Shown: positions 11,038 through 20,000 of the stretch, piece by piece | How positions within the stretch are numbered: position 1 is the first letter of the stretch | How the letters are laid out: each line of letters opens with the position of its first letter | NCBI GenBank assembly: GCA_009602725.1 | Contig: WELB01000010.1 | Coordinates: 1,129,520 to 1,149,519 of the forward strand | Reading direction: 5' to 3' | Source of the DNA: Spirogloea muscicola | Lineage: Eukaryota | DNA length: 20,000 nucleotides | Program-made: the position numbers and the translations under genes | The notes under the pieces: generated by a model | Databases searched by the model: none | Told to the model about the DNA's origin: nothing | What the model saw: the letters and a program-made list of their open reading frames with translations, nothing else

Positions 11038-12785
11038 ATCTCGCACGAGATCGTGGGAAGCGGTCCGCTCGCTCCCGTGCGCACAACGGAGCATATGCGC
11101 AGCCAGCTCCGCAGGGTCAGCGTGACGGGCACCGCGCTCGCACTGAGTGACGCCCACGAGGCGGGGAGGGAGGAGGCCCAAGAGCCGGTGAACCGCCGTC
11201 CTGTAGACCTCATCGGGCATGGTGAGCGCCGCGTGGAGTGGGAGCGCTGATAATCACGCCGCCGCCCCTGGGGAAGAGGCTGAGAGGAGCCGGGCGCGGC
11301 CGCGAAGGTCAGACGGGAGGAGAAGCTCCACTACCTGGTCAGAGGCCGCTTCTTCAACCAGCGCCGTGAAGCGGGCCTGGGCACGCAGGTCAGGGGTGTG
11401 GGCGAGGTGGGTGAAAGGGACGATATGCTCCGACATGTTGGGGTGGACCGCCAGGAGCCCGTCGCGGGTAGAGCAGAGGGCAACCTGGAAAGGCAGCTGG
11501 CCGATCTCCACTTCAGCTGCCGCCCGCTCCAGGGCGCGCTGGCCGTGGGCAATAAATCTCTGGCACATAGGGGCTGCAACAAGTGCCCAGCTGCCCATGT
11601 AGGCCGCCTCACAGGCGCCGGCAACTGAGCGGCATCCCAAGCCGCCGCTGCTGGTCGGCAGGCTAGCCTGCAGCAGCGCAGCTGGTGAGGAGAGGAACAC
11701 GGGGTGCTGCACGAGAGTGGCCGCCGACGCGAGGATGCCGGAGTCGAATGCCGCATACGCTGCCTTCACCGCCAATGAGGGGGGGTTGGTGCGGGCCAGA
11801 TAGTGTATCCGCTGCGTGATGCATCTTGTGAGCATAGCGGTCGCCAGCTGCATGTCCTGCAGCGTGTGAAGACGGTCCGCCGGCCGGGGTGTTCCTGCAG
11901 CCGCGCCTGCAGCTGCTCTGTCTCAAAGGCAGGTGCACCGATGGGGGCGCCGAGGAGGGTGAGGCCCCCAGCTGGTGACTGGCAGCCCGAGGGCAGGCGC
12001 AGGTGGGCTGGCAGGCCCTGGGGGGACCAGGCACTGCACTTAGCTTCACGGATGCCCAGGCCGATCGCACCCAGCTGCACTTTGAGGGTAGCGAAGGCTG
12101 CCACGACGTCGTCTGGCGGCCCCACCAACGTGGTATCATCAGCGTACGTGGGGACGAGGACGCCTCGGTGAGCCGCGACCGTTGCCAGCAGCGCACGGTT
12201 GTAAGCCAGCGCGTAGTAGAGCCCCGCCAGCGGATCCCCTTGGCGCGCGCCTGTGGAGGAATGGAGGACCTCCACCCCACCGTGCCCTGTCCGCCACAGC
12301 AAGTCGCTAGGCTGACCGTAGCCCAGCCTGAAGAAGGGTAGGAGGCTGGGGAAGGCCGCCCGCAGCTCCTCTGTGATGACATCCCGGTCTGCGCTGTTGA
12401 ATGCATTCCGGACATCTACCGCCAAGGCCATCCGTCCGGGGTTCAGGTCCAGGGCGGCCCGTACGCCGTGCACGACCACCCATGTCCCCCGCACCACCCA
12501 TGTCCCCCGCACGAGGCTGTGCAAGCTGCCTAGGTGCCGTATCCTCCCTCGCCACCGCCGTAGCCGCCGCGGCGCACGGCGTGGCATGAGGGACCTTGCC
12601 AGCTGGGGGCCGCGCTGCGGACGGCACTCTGCGCGGCGAGCTCTGAGGAGCGCACCGCGCAGGAGCGCGCCGTGCCTTCGCAGGCGGCGGCATGCGCGCC
12701 CGGCGGCACTCAGGCGCTCGAGCGCCCCCGGGGGGCGGCGGCGCCGGCGGCGAGCTAGGCAGCCGTTGGAGGGGTTGGGGGGAGA
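11038..12785 (-). mobile_element. Decayed CRE-like non-LTR retrotransposon fragment (5' leader fused to mid-RT through the zinc knuckle; endonuclease absent)
   Basis: RT motifs VHGVRAALD, AVDVRNAFNSADR, GARQGDPLAG, YADD (12146-12135), GLGIREAKC, GLTLLGAPIG, LPTSSGGLG. These are followed by GAAA*LSALP (TGA at 11256-11254 where W is expected) and QCERG..HMLRCAHGSERTASHDLVRD. There is a frameshift near 11885. Confidence 0.88.
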
Positions 12786-13215
12786 GTCCCAAAGAAACGC
12801 GGCTACCCAGAAGCAGGGACATCAAATCGACTATAAGTCCAATGTGGGCTTGACTTATGCTCTCTCTGGGCTGGTGATCAAGTGTGAGCTTTCGTTGTGA
12901 GCACTGTCTTGTTGTGAAGCATATACTGAAATTTGTGGCATGAAGCGCCTGCCAACGGCCAGCATCTACCCTGCCATCTCGTTTGGCACTTTCATATGCC
13001 TGTGGCTGACCTTAGATGTATGCGAAATTACGGGTGTGGAGAAGACATTCTGCAGCAGCTGGTGGAGCAGTGTGAAGCAGGCAGTGTGCACAGAAAGGAT
13101 CCCTCTCAAAGGGGACAATCAAGTGGATCGTTTGGAAGCGATTGACGTCCTGACTGTGCCAAGAGCAGTGGTGGAGCACGAACTCCATCCCCATTCTGCT
13201 GCTTAGCACGATAAT

Positions 13216-13412
13216 TTTCCGGCAGCTAGTCTGTCGGATGTGAGGCTCCTTACTCGTAACTACTGAGTGGTCCATCCTCCCCCCTTCTGCCATAGCCTCT
13301 TCAGGCCCCACAGTCGCTGCTAGCTCGTAGTTTGGCCCCTTCGAACCTTGTCAATTCTTTTCGGGCTGGCTTCTCACAGCCCTTGCCCCCATTGGGAGAG
13401 CCACTTCTTCTT
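13216..13412 (+). mobile_element. Short retroposed element, copy 3
   Basis: Near-identical to the shared part of copy 1. Ends in gagccacttcttctt(c); flanked by a 7-bp direct repeat cgataat (13209-13215 and 13413-13419). Confidence 0.85.
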
Positions 13413-13502
13413 CGATAATGAGCATGCACACATTGTAATGTAGGATGGTGCCCGATTTCTGGACCGATGAGTTGGCCGACTTCCCAGCCTCCGTGTCACT
13501 AG

Positions 13503-13957
13503 ATGCACAGTGTCTTGTGCGCGCACATCAACTGGTACTCCACAAGACATGCAGCAGGCACAGCGGACCGGCTCACGATTGGGAGCGCATCAGTGAGGAT
13601 ATCAAATGGCACGAGCCGGTAAATGTGCCAAAAGACCTCGACTTAAAGAAGCAGCAGCGGGGCGAGGGGGCGAGGGCTGTGATTACAAGCCTTCTTGGGT
13701 ATGGATTTGACATGACCTCAACTCCTTAATTATTTTCACTCTTTGTTCATAAATCCAGATTATTCAAGGCAACAACGAACAGTATCACTGGGAGGGTGCA
13801 TGTCCAAGCCAGCAGGGCGTCCTTGCAGAAGGATCCGCCCAGTGGCCTCCACAGTCCGTCCTCTGCTCGTACAGATGTGACTGCGAGCTTTGGCCTCGAA
13901 GCCAATGAGCCCAATCCAAGTGCGGAGAATGTGTTAGCCCACATGGTAACCATATAA
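13503..13957 (+). pseudogene. Possible remnant of a spliced gene of unknown function
   Basis: AG|13503-13618|GT and AG|13759-13957 join in phase 2 (..ISNGTSR/LFKATTNSITGRVHVQ..). The 70-bp repeat insertion falls inside the putative intron. No recognisable domain. Confidence 0.25.
13644..13713 (-). mobile_element. ~70-bp, heavily 5'-truncated relative of the short element family
   Basis: Reverse complement contains tcacagccctcgccccc..gctgcttcttt. Flanked by gacctcgact (13634-13643) and gacctcaact (13714-13723), a 10-bp repeat with one mismatch. Confidence 0.55.
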
Positions 13958-14633
13958 TAAACTCTAGGTTCTCGATAATGTCAGCGCATGAACCAAGTCA
14001 TCAAGTGGTCAAAGACAGCTCCATGTGGACAAATAGTGTAGCACACAGAGACATCCAAGTCGAGGCAAGCAAAGACTGTATACTCCTGAGCCACACAGCC
14101 TCCAAGCCTGACTTGCACCGCAGGCAGTCCGAAATGCCTGTAGCGGAAAATGCGCACCTACAGTCCAACTAGCAGTGCGCGTCTTCTTGCCCGTGTCCTG
14201 GGACGAATGACGGCCACCAAAGGTGGTGGCAACAGGGGCGGTGGTGGCAGGGGACAGCCTGTCGCTCTCGTTGCTCGCGATCTCAGAGGCCTCAGAGAGC
14301 GGGCAGGACCCGGCTCAGCTGGCTCGTCCGACTCGACACGTGGCAAGCCGCCATCCGCCTGCAGCAATGCAATCGCAGCAATGCAATCAAGGCCCGCCAT
14401 GTAGCCGCTTCAGGTAGTGTCCACTTTGAGGGCGGCAAGAGCTCGGTCGACTGAAATACCAGCATCGACGTGCCTCTTGCAACAGTCCTGGATCCTGACG
14501 GAAACCCTTGCCCTGAGACCGTGATGTCACATGACCATGATGACACTCTCCTCAAGGTCGAGGCATGCAGCATGTGTCCATGTCTGGGCCTGCAACATCT
14601 GCTTGCAGTGCTGGGAGAGAGGTGGCCACTCAC

Positions 14634-16555
14634 CTGGAGGTCACTGCATGTGGCTGCTGCAGCAGGGCCGGTCTGTGCTCCAGCGCGCTTGCGCTTGCGG
14701 GCGCTGGCCCCGATCACAACGTCACTAGCCGGCAGCAGCGATGGGGAGGACCACTCGAATTCGCGGCGCGCCCGCTGGCAGTGCCGCAGGAAGGCTGCAG
14801 CGCTGTTGGGCTGCCGCTCCATTTCATCGCGGTGCTCCAGGTACGGCAGCACGGCGTCGACCCAGAGCCACGACCCGTCCATGAATCGCACAAAGACCGC
14901 CCGGGAGGCGCCGGATCCCCGCGACCGCGGCCGCCGGCTGCGGGCACTGTCAGGGATGTCCGCATCCGTTGGTCGTGCCGCGGGCCAGTATTTAGGGGAG
15001 TATGGCTCAGGGCACGCCGCCCAAACGAGGGTCCTGAGACACAGCCAGGCGGCGTCGCCTCAGACTTCAAGGCCCTCATGATCAATTTCTGGAGTGAAGA
15101 GCCCGAGTGCGTCATTGTCAAATACGACCACAAAGTCAGGTCAGAAGCTGATGTCGACCTGCATTTTGATCTTTCAGCCCTGATAAAGTCTCCGCAAATG
15201 TCAGCCGCGACCAGTGCAACGGGGTGCATCGTCGTGGCGGCCACTACCTCATCTCAGCGCGCGGCTTTGCCATGTCCCGTTCCTTCAGCCCAAAGGCCGC
15301 GGCAAGTGTCCCGCGCACAGCCGGGTGCAGGTTCCAGCAGGAGTCCCGCATCTTGCGGGCGTAGCGGAGCACGTCGGCAGCGCACAGCCCCTCGCGCACG
15401 AGTGCGCAGACAGCGGCTCCCAGCGGCCGGAACGGCAGCAGCACTGGGGTTTCGGCGAAGCCACTGGCCAGCAGAGCCGTGGCCTCGAACCGCTGGCCGA
15501 TGCCGCGGCCCCAGGCGGCCGCCGGCCACGCCGCCAAGCTGTCCCCAGTGGGCAGCGCGCGGTCTGATTCACCGTGCACGTACTTGTGAGACAGCGGGTC
15601 GGCCAGCCGCTCGCCCAGCCACTGGGCCACGGGCACGCTGACGGCATTGCCGACCATGGCGAAGCGGGCCGCCAGGCCGCCGCCGCCCTCCTTCGATGCC
15701 GACGACGTGGAGCCCTCGAGGCCGTCATCTCCAGCCGCCGCGGTCCAGTCAGGTGGAAAACCCTGCGCGCCAACCAAGGCCGGCCCCGACCAGCCTGCCT
15801 GAGCTCAGCAGCTCCAAGTGCCGTCTGCCCCAGTGCCCTGATGGGCAGCCGAGGCCATGACTGCTGTTGGGCTTGGAGCGGCCAGGCGCCATGGACCTGC
15901 GCGTACTCCGCAGCGGTGATGCTGAGCAGAGCCGCACGGCGGCGGTCCGGAAGCACCAGCATCAGGCGGCGGCCGTTGGTGGTCGTGAGCGTGGGCAGGC
16001 AGTCGCGATTCCCCGGAGCGTCCCAGCACGAGAGGTCCAAGGCGTAGACCGTCGCCGCCGCCGCCGCCGTCGCAGCCCCGGCTTGGCCATCGGCCTGGAA
16101 GCACCGGAAGCAGTCATGCCCGCCACTGCACAGGCCGGACGGCGCGGCGACGAGCACCCTGCAGCCGCGTCAAAGGCCTGGCTGGCGCCGGGGCGGCCTC
16201 TAGGGTCTGGAATAAAGGGCTTTGGAGTTTGAGTTTCAGGGTTGGGGTTTGAAAGATTATTCAAAAGGGTTACGGTTTAAGGTTTAGGTGTCAAGGGGTT
16301 TAAGGGTTCTAAGATTCAGGGGTTAAGGGTTTCCTGGCGGTGCCGCCACCAAGGCGTGGCTTCCCACCAGCAACGGTTTCCCAGCGGCGGCGTCTGCGCC
16401 AGCAGCAGGTCGCGCGGGTCGCCGTAGAGGGCAGCGAGCAGGAAGACGCGGCGGCGGCGCTGCGGCAGGCCGAAGGCGCGCGTGTCGACCACGCGGTACG
16501 CCCACGAGTAGCCCAGCTCCTCCAGCCCCGCCACAAGCAGCGCCACCAGCGGCGC
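14634..16555 (-). CDS. 3' half of a spliced C5 cytosine DNA methyltransferase (bacterial-like, chlorophyte-type) fused to a C-terminal PWWP domain; motifs I-VI not in window; last exon(s) uncertain
   Basis: Exons 16555-16368 or 16350, 16158-15897, 15762-15248, 15033-14634 join in phase. The peptide has LEELGYSWAYRVVDTRAFGLPQRRRRVFLLA (motifs VII-VIII), CLPTLTT (TL of the target-recognition domain), AEYAQ/GFPPDWT (IX), ARFAMVGNAVSVPVAQWLGERL (X), WPAAAW, then R/TLVWAACPEPYSPKYWPAA..VFVRFMDGSWLWVDAVLPYLEH (PWWP-like) and RKRKR (NLS-like). Confidence 0.88.
16200..16332 (+). repeat. Degenerate telomere-like (TTTAGGG-type) repeats inside a methyltransferase intron
   Basis: tttcagggttggggtttg..aagggttacggtttaaggtttagg..ggggtttaagggtt..caggggttaagggttt, an AT/G-skewed island in otherwise very GC-rich DNA. 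Confidence 0.7.
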
Positions 16556-16645
16556 CTGCCGGCCACGATCCCAACCGCCGCCGCCGCCGCCAGAGAGCCG
16601 GCGGGCCGCCCCGGAGAATCAGCGGCGCGGCGCGGGCGCCGGGGC

Positions 16646-16646
16646 N
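16646..16646. other. Single N, a possible contig join or scaffold gap
   Basis: ggggcngccg; it sits between the methyltransferase intron and the start of the + strand retroelement. Confidence 0.9.
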
Positions 16647-16651
16647 GCCGG

Positions 16652-19600
16652 CTCCCCCCGTTCCTCCCAACGGCTCCCTAGCTCGCCGCCGGCGCCGCCG
16701 CCCCCCCGGGCGCCGCGGCGCCTTGCCAACCCCCCGGGGCGCTCGAGCGCCTGAGCGCCGCCGGGCGCGCATGCCGCCGCCTGCGAAGGCACGGCGCGCA
16801 CCTGCGCGGCGCGCTCCTCGGAGCTCGCCGCGCAGAGTGCCGTCCGCAGCGCGGCCCCCAGCTGGCGGGGTCCCTCATGCCACGCCGTGCGCCGCGGCGG
16901 CCACGGCGGTGGCGAGGGAGGATACGGCACCTAGGCAGCTTGCACAGCCTCGTGCGGGGGACATGGGTCTAGCTGCCCAGCTCACAAGCTGGCTCGGCCG
17001 GCTGCGTTCTAACCCTCGGCTCACTTGTGCCGGGGAGGACAGCGCACTGGCGGCCAGCGCGAGAGCAGTGCACCGGAGCTCCAGGAGCTGCTGCGCTACG
17101 CGCTCATCCCGGGCCCCACCAGGCCCAGGGATGGACGAGGCGGCTGTCCCGACCACGGCCCATACACCATCCGAGATTGCCGTGGAGGGAGGACAACATG
17201 GAGAGGTGCACAGGACCCCCTCCCCCAGTATCCTCTCCCACTGCTTCTCATGCTGCTCTCCTTACGGGCTTCGAGCCCCACCCACAACCAACGCCGTGCA
17301 CCTCTCCCGCGTCTGCAGGGCAGGAAGCTTCCGCAAACCCCCCTGCATCTTGGAGGGGAGGTCGCCGCAGCGGAGGAGCCAGGTGGTGCTTGGAAGTGGT
17401 TGTCGCCATGGGTTCGGCGAGTGGTGGCAGTGGCGCTGGTGATGCTGACGGGCCCGTGGCTGGCGATGCCGCTGTATCAGCTGCACCTGGGAAGGGGAGC
17501 AGGGCCAAGAGAGGACCTCCGGCCCCCTGCGGAGACAACCTCTTGCCCGCCTGTGGTGCTCCGCTGCCGGCTCTGCCGGCGGCGCTGTGCCACCAAGGCG
17601 GGTCTGAGCACGCACGAGCGGGCCTGCATGCGTTCTGCTAACAGACAGGCGCAGCAGGCAGAGGCATCCGCCACCGCTCGGGCTCGCGGAGCCCCCTTCA
17701 AGAGGGGCGATGTCAACACCACCACCAGGGCCTTCGGCAGAACACTGACGGTGGGCGGAGAGCGTGGACGTCTCCGAGATCCTGCGGATGGACCAACGTG
17801 CAGCTCCTACGACACATCCCGTATTGGGCCCCGGCCTCACATACGGCGAGCCCTTTGGCCCCTCCTGACACGTCTGGCTCGTGACAGCGAGGATGAGGCT
17901 GTATGGGCTGTGATTGTGTTGTTTCCGCGACTTTTGCTTGGTCGCCTGCCGCAGGGGAAGGCAGGTCGCAAGGAGCTGCTGCTGCGCCTCCACCTGTTTG
18001 AAGGTGAGGCGTGGCAGCTGCTACTTGCAAAGCACCAAGCGGCTGCGCAACTTGCGCAAGCCAACTATTGGCCCACCACGTCGAAATCTGATATCAAGGA
18101 GGCGGGCAAGCGACGTGCCATCCGATTCGGACAAGCCGGCGACCTTGCCAGGGCTGCCCAAGCCTTGGAGCCCTCCACACCAGCAGCGCATGATGCGGCA
18201 ACCTTGTCCGCACTGGAGCAGCTCCATCCTCTGGCCCCGCGTCATTTTGATGCATGGATGGAGAGCTTCACGCCTGCTCAACCGGTGGACCTGGACCCGG
18301 CTGCCTTCCGTCGGGCGATTGTGAGTAGCCGCAAGGCAGTCACCGGGGGTCCATCAGGCATGCTCTTTTGCACTTGCGGGAGCTGTATGGGGAGGACGAC
18401 TCGGAGGATTTCAATCTGCTGCTTAGGGTCGCACAACATGTTGCGCGTGGAGACCTCACCCAACGTGTAGGCGCAGTCCTCTGCACAAGCAATCTCATTG
18501 CTTTGCAGAAGGACAGCGGGGGAGTGCGTCCTATCTCGATGGGGGAGGTTCTGTCGCGCCTCGTGGGGCGCACCCTAATCATGCAGATCCAGGACGATGC
18601 CCAGGCGCACTTCCATCCCCACCAGTTTGGGGCTGGGATGCAGGCTGGCGCTGAGACCCTGGTGCACGGGGTACGAGCGGCACTGGATGTCAACCCCCAT
18701 TGGCTGGCCTTAAGCGTGGACGTACAGAATGCTCGACTCCGTGGATCGGCAGGTTATAGCCGAGGAGCTAAGGCAATACTTTCCCACCCTCTTCCCTCAC
18801 TTCCGATGCACGTATGGCTCGCTATCTGCATTGTTGTGGGGGGCAGGGAGTTCTCTGGCTGTTTTGCAGTCAAAGACGGGGACACGGCAAGGTGATCCCA
18901 TGGGTGGTTTTCTCTTCTCTCTGGCGCATCACCGTGCTTTGGGCAACACGGCGAGCGCTCACCCTGGCGTTCTCCTTCCGAGTTACGCGGATGATACCAC
19001 GCTCCTCGGCCCCCCAGTGGAGGTGCTGCAAGCTTTCGGCACGCTTCAGCTCCAGCTCCAGCTTATCGGGCTTGGGGTCAATCCGGCTAAGTGCTCCGCC
19101 TAGTCCCCCTTTGGCATCCCTTTTTTCCTCTTCTCCTCGTTGCCTACATCTTGTCAGACTCCAGAGGGCGGTTTGAGGATCTTGGGAGTGCCACTAGGGG
19201 ACCTTTCTCGGAGGGTGCTGTCCTTGCTCGTTTCCAGGGATACATGCAGGTCCTGCCAGAGCTCCCAGGCCTTGGGGACTCTCAGTTGGCAGTGGCCATT
19301 TTGACCAGGAGTGTGGCACAGCGGCCGTGTTACCTCCTGCGTACGGTGCCACCGTCGGTCAGCTTGGATGCTATCTATGCATCCATTGATGTCAAGCCTC
19401 AGCAATGCCTTGCTGAATTGATTGCTCACCCACTCCTAGAGCAGTCTCCAGCAGCACTGGTGCAATGTACGCTGCCCATACATTACGGTGGGCTTGGTTG
19501 TCGCCCCTTGGTCCGCTTATGCAGACCAGTGTACCTTGGCTGCTGGCTAAGGTGGCCTCGTCCGTATCTGGACGATTCCTCCTTGAGCAACAACGTGTAT

Positions 19601-20000
19601 TGGCGCCTCACGTCAGTAAAGTGGTTCAGGGGAGTCTGCCTTTCCAAGTGACTCTCAAAGCATGCCAACTGGACCTCTTTGCCGCATACCCGCCTCTGCT
19701 GAATGAGCCTGTTAGTTTTGCTGCCTGGGCTGACGTTTCTGATGTTAAAATCCACTGCGCTTTTCCCGTGCTGCAGACGAGCAACCACTGGAGCATCTCC
19801 GGAGTCTCCTCCAAGGGGATGCTCGAGGCCAGGCTCGGCTCCTATCTGTTTCGTCTCTGGGAGCGTCTGAGTGGCTCCGCGCTTTGCCTTTGCATGCGGG
19901 CTTGCAGATGGAAAATGCTTTGTTTTGCAATGCTATGCGCAGCCGTCTTGGCTTACCATCCCTGTGCTTGGCAGGGGTGACGCAATGTGAATGTGGGCTT
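16652..20000 (+). mobile_element. CRE-like (RLE-type) non-LTR retrotransposon, pseudogenised, 3' end beyond the window
   Basis: N-terminal zinc finger CRLCRRRCATKAGLSTHERAC (17565-17627), VLFPRLLL, GDLARAAQAL..LEQLHP, GGPSG, LIALQKDSGGVRPISMGEVLSRLVGR, QFGAG, LSVDVQNA, GTRQGDPMG, YADD (18984-18995), GLGVNPAKC, ILGVPLG, LPIHYGGLG, and WLRALP..RSRLGLP..QCECG at the window end. Frameshifts near 18366, 18729, 19130-19200, 19545 and 19760; TAG at 19101. No APE endonuclease domain precedes the RT. Confidence 0.9.

Noticed and set aside
8362..13400. Recurrent gggctggcctctcacag motif as a CRISPR-like array
   Set aside because: Irregular spacing, both orientations, embedded in larger repeats, eukaryotic context and no cas genes.
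14470..16232. Long + strand ORFs (e.g. 14565-15641, 358 aa)
   Set aside because: Antisense shadows of the GC-rich methyltransferase-PWWP exons on -.
16652..16968. HDV-like ribozyme in the retroelement leader (as in R2 elements)
   Set aside because: I could not construct the nested double pseudoknot by eye; a structure-descriptor search would be needed.
14634..20000. Methyltransferase as an ORF encoded by the retrotransposon
   Set aside because: It is on the opposite strand, upstream of the element's 5' end, and has phase-consistent spliceosomal introns, so it is a host-type gene.

Overview
Intron-rich eukaryotic DNA, most likely from a green alga (Viridiplantae). This is inferred from the plant-like VPS35L, the TTTAGGG-like repeats and the chlorophyte-type DNA methyltransferase; the species cannot be named from the sequence. 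Left to right: (1) the 3' part of a VPS35L/C16orf62 (Retriever subunit) gene on +, with a ~360-bp fold-back in one intron; (2) a convergent multi-exon gene on - encoding an atypical bromodomain that lacks the acetyl-lysine-binding Asn; (3) an 8.3-13.7 kb repeat-rich zone holding several copies of a short retroposed element with variable target-site duplications, a TTC tail and a GGGCTG-N8-CAGCCC stem-loop; (4) a decayed, chimeric CRE-like non-LTR retrotransposon fragment on -; (5) the 3' half of a spliced, bacterial-like C5 cytosine DNA methyltransferase fused to a PWWP domain on -, with degenerate telomere-like repeats in an intron and its 5' half absent beyond a single N at 16646; (6) a long, frameshifted CRE-like non-LTR element on + that runs off the window. 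The two retroelements point away from each other and share a near-identical ~300-bp 5' segment, so they bracket the methyltransferase as an inverted repeat. All exon and domain calls were made by eye from splice sites, reading phase and remembered family motifs; no database search was run.
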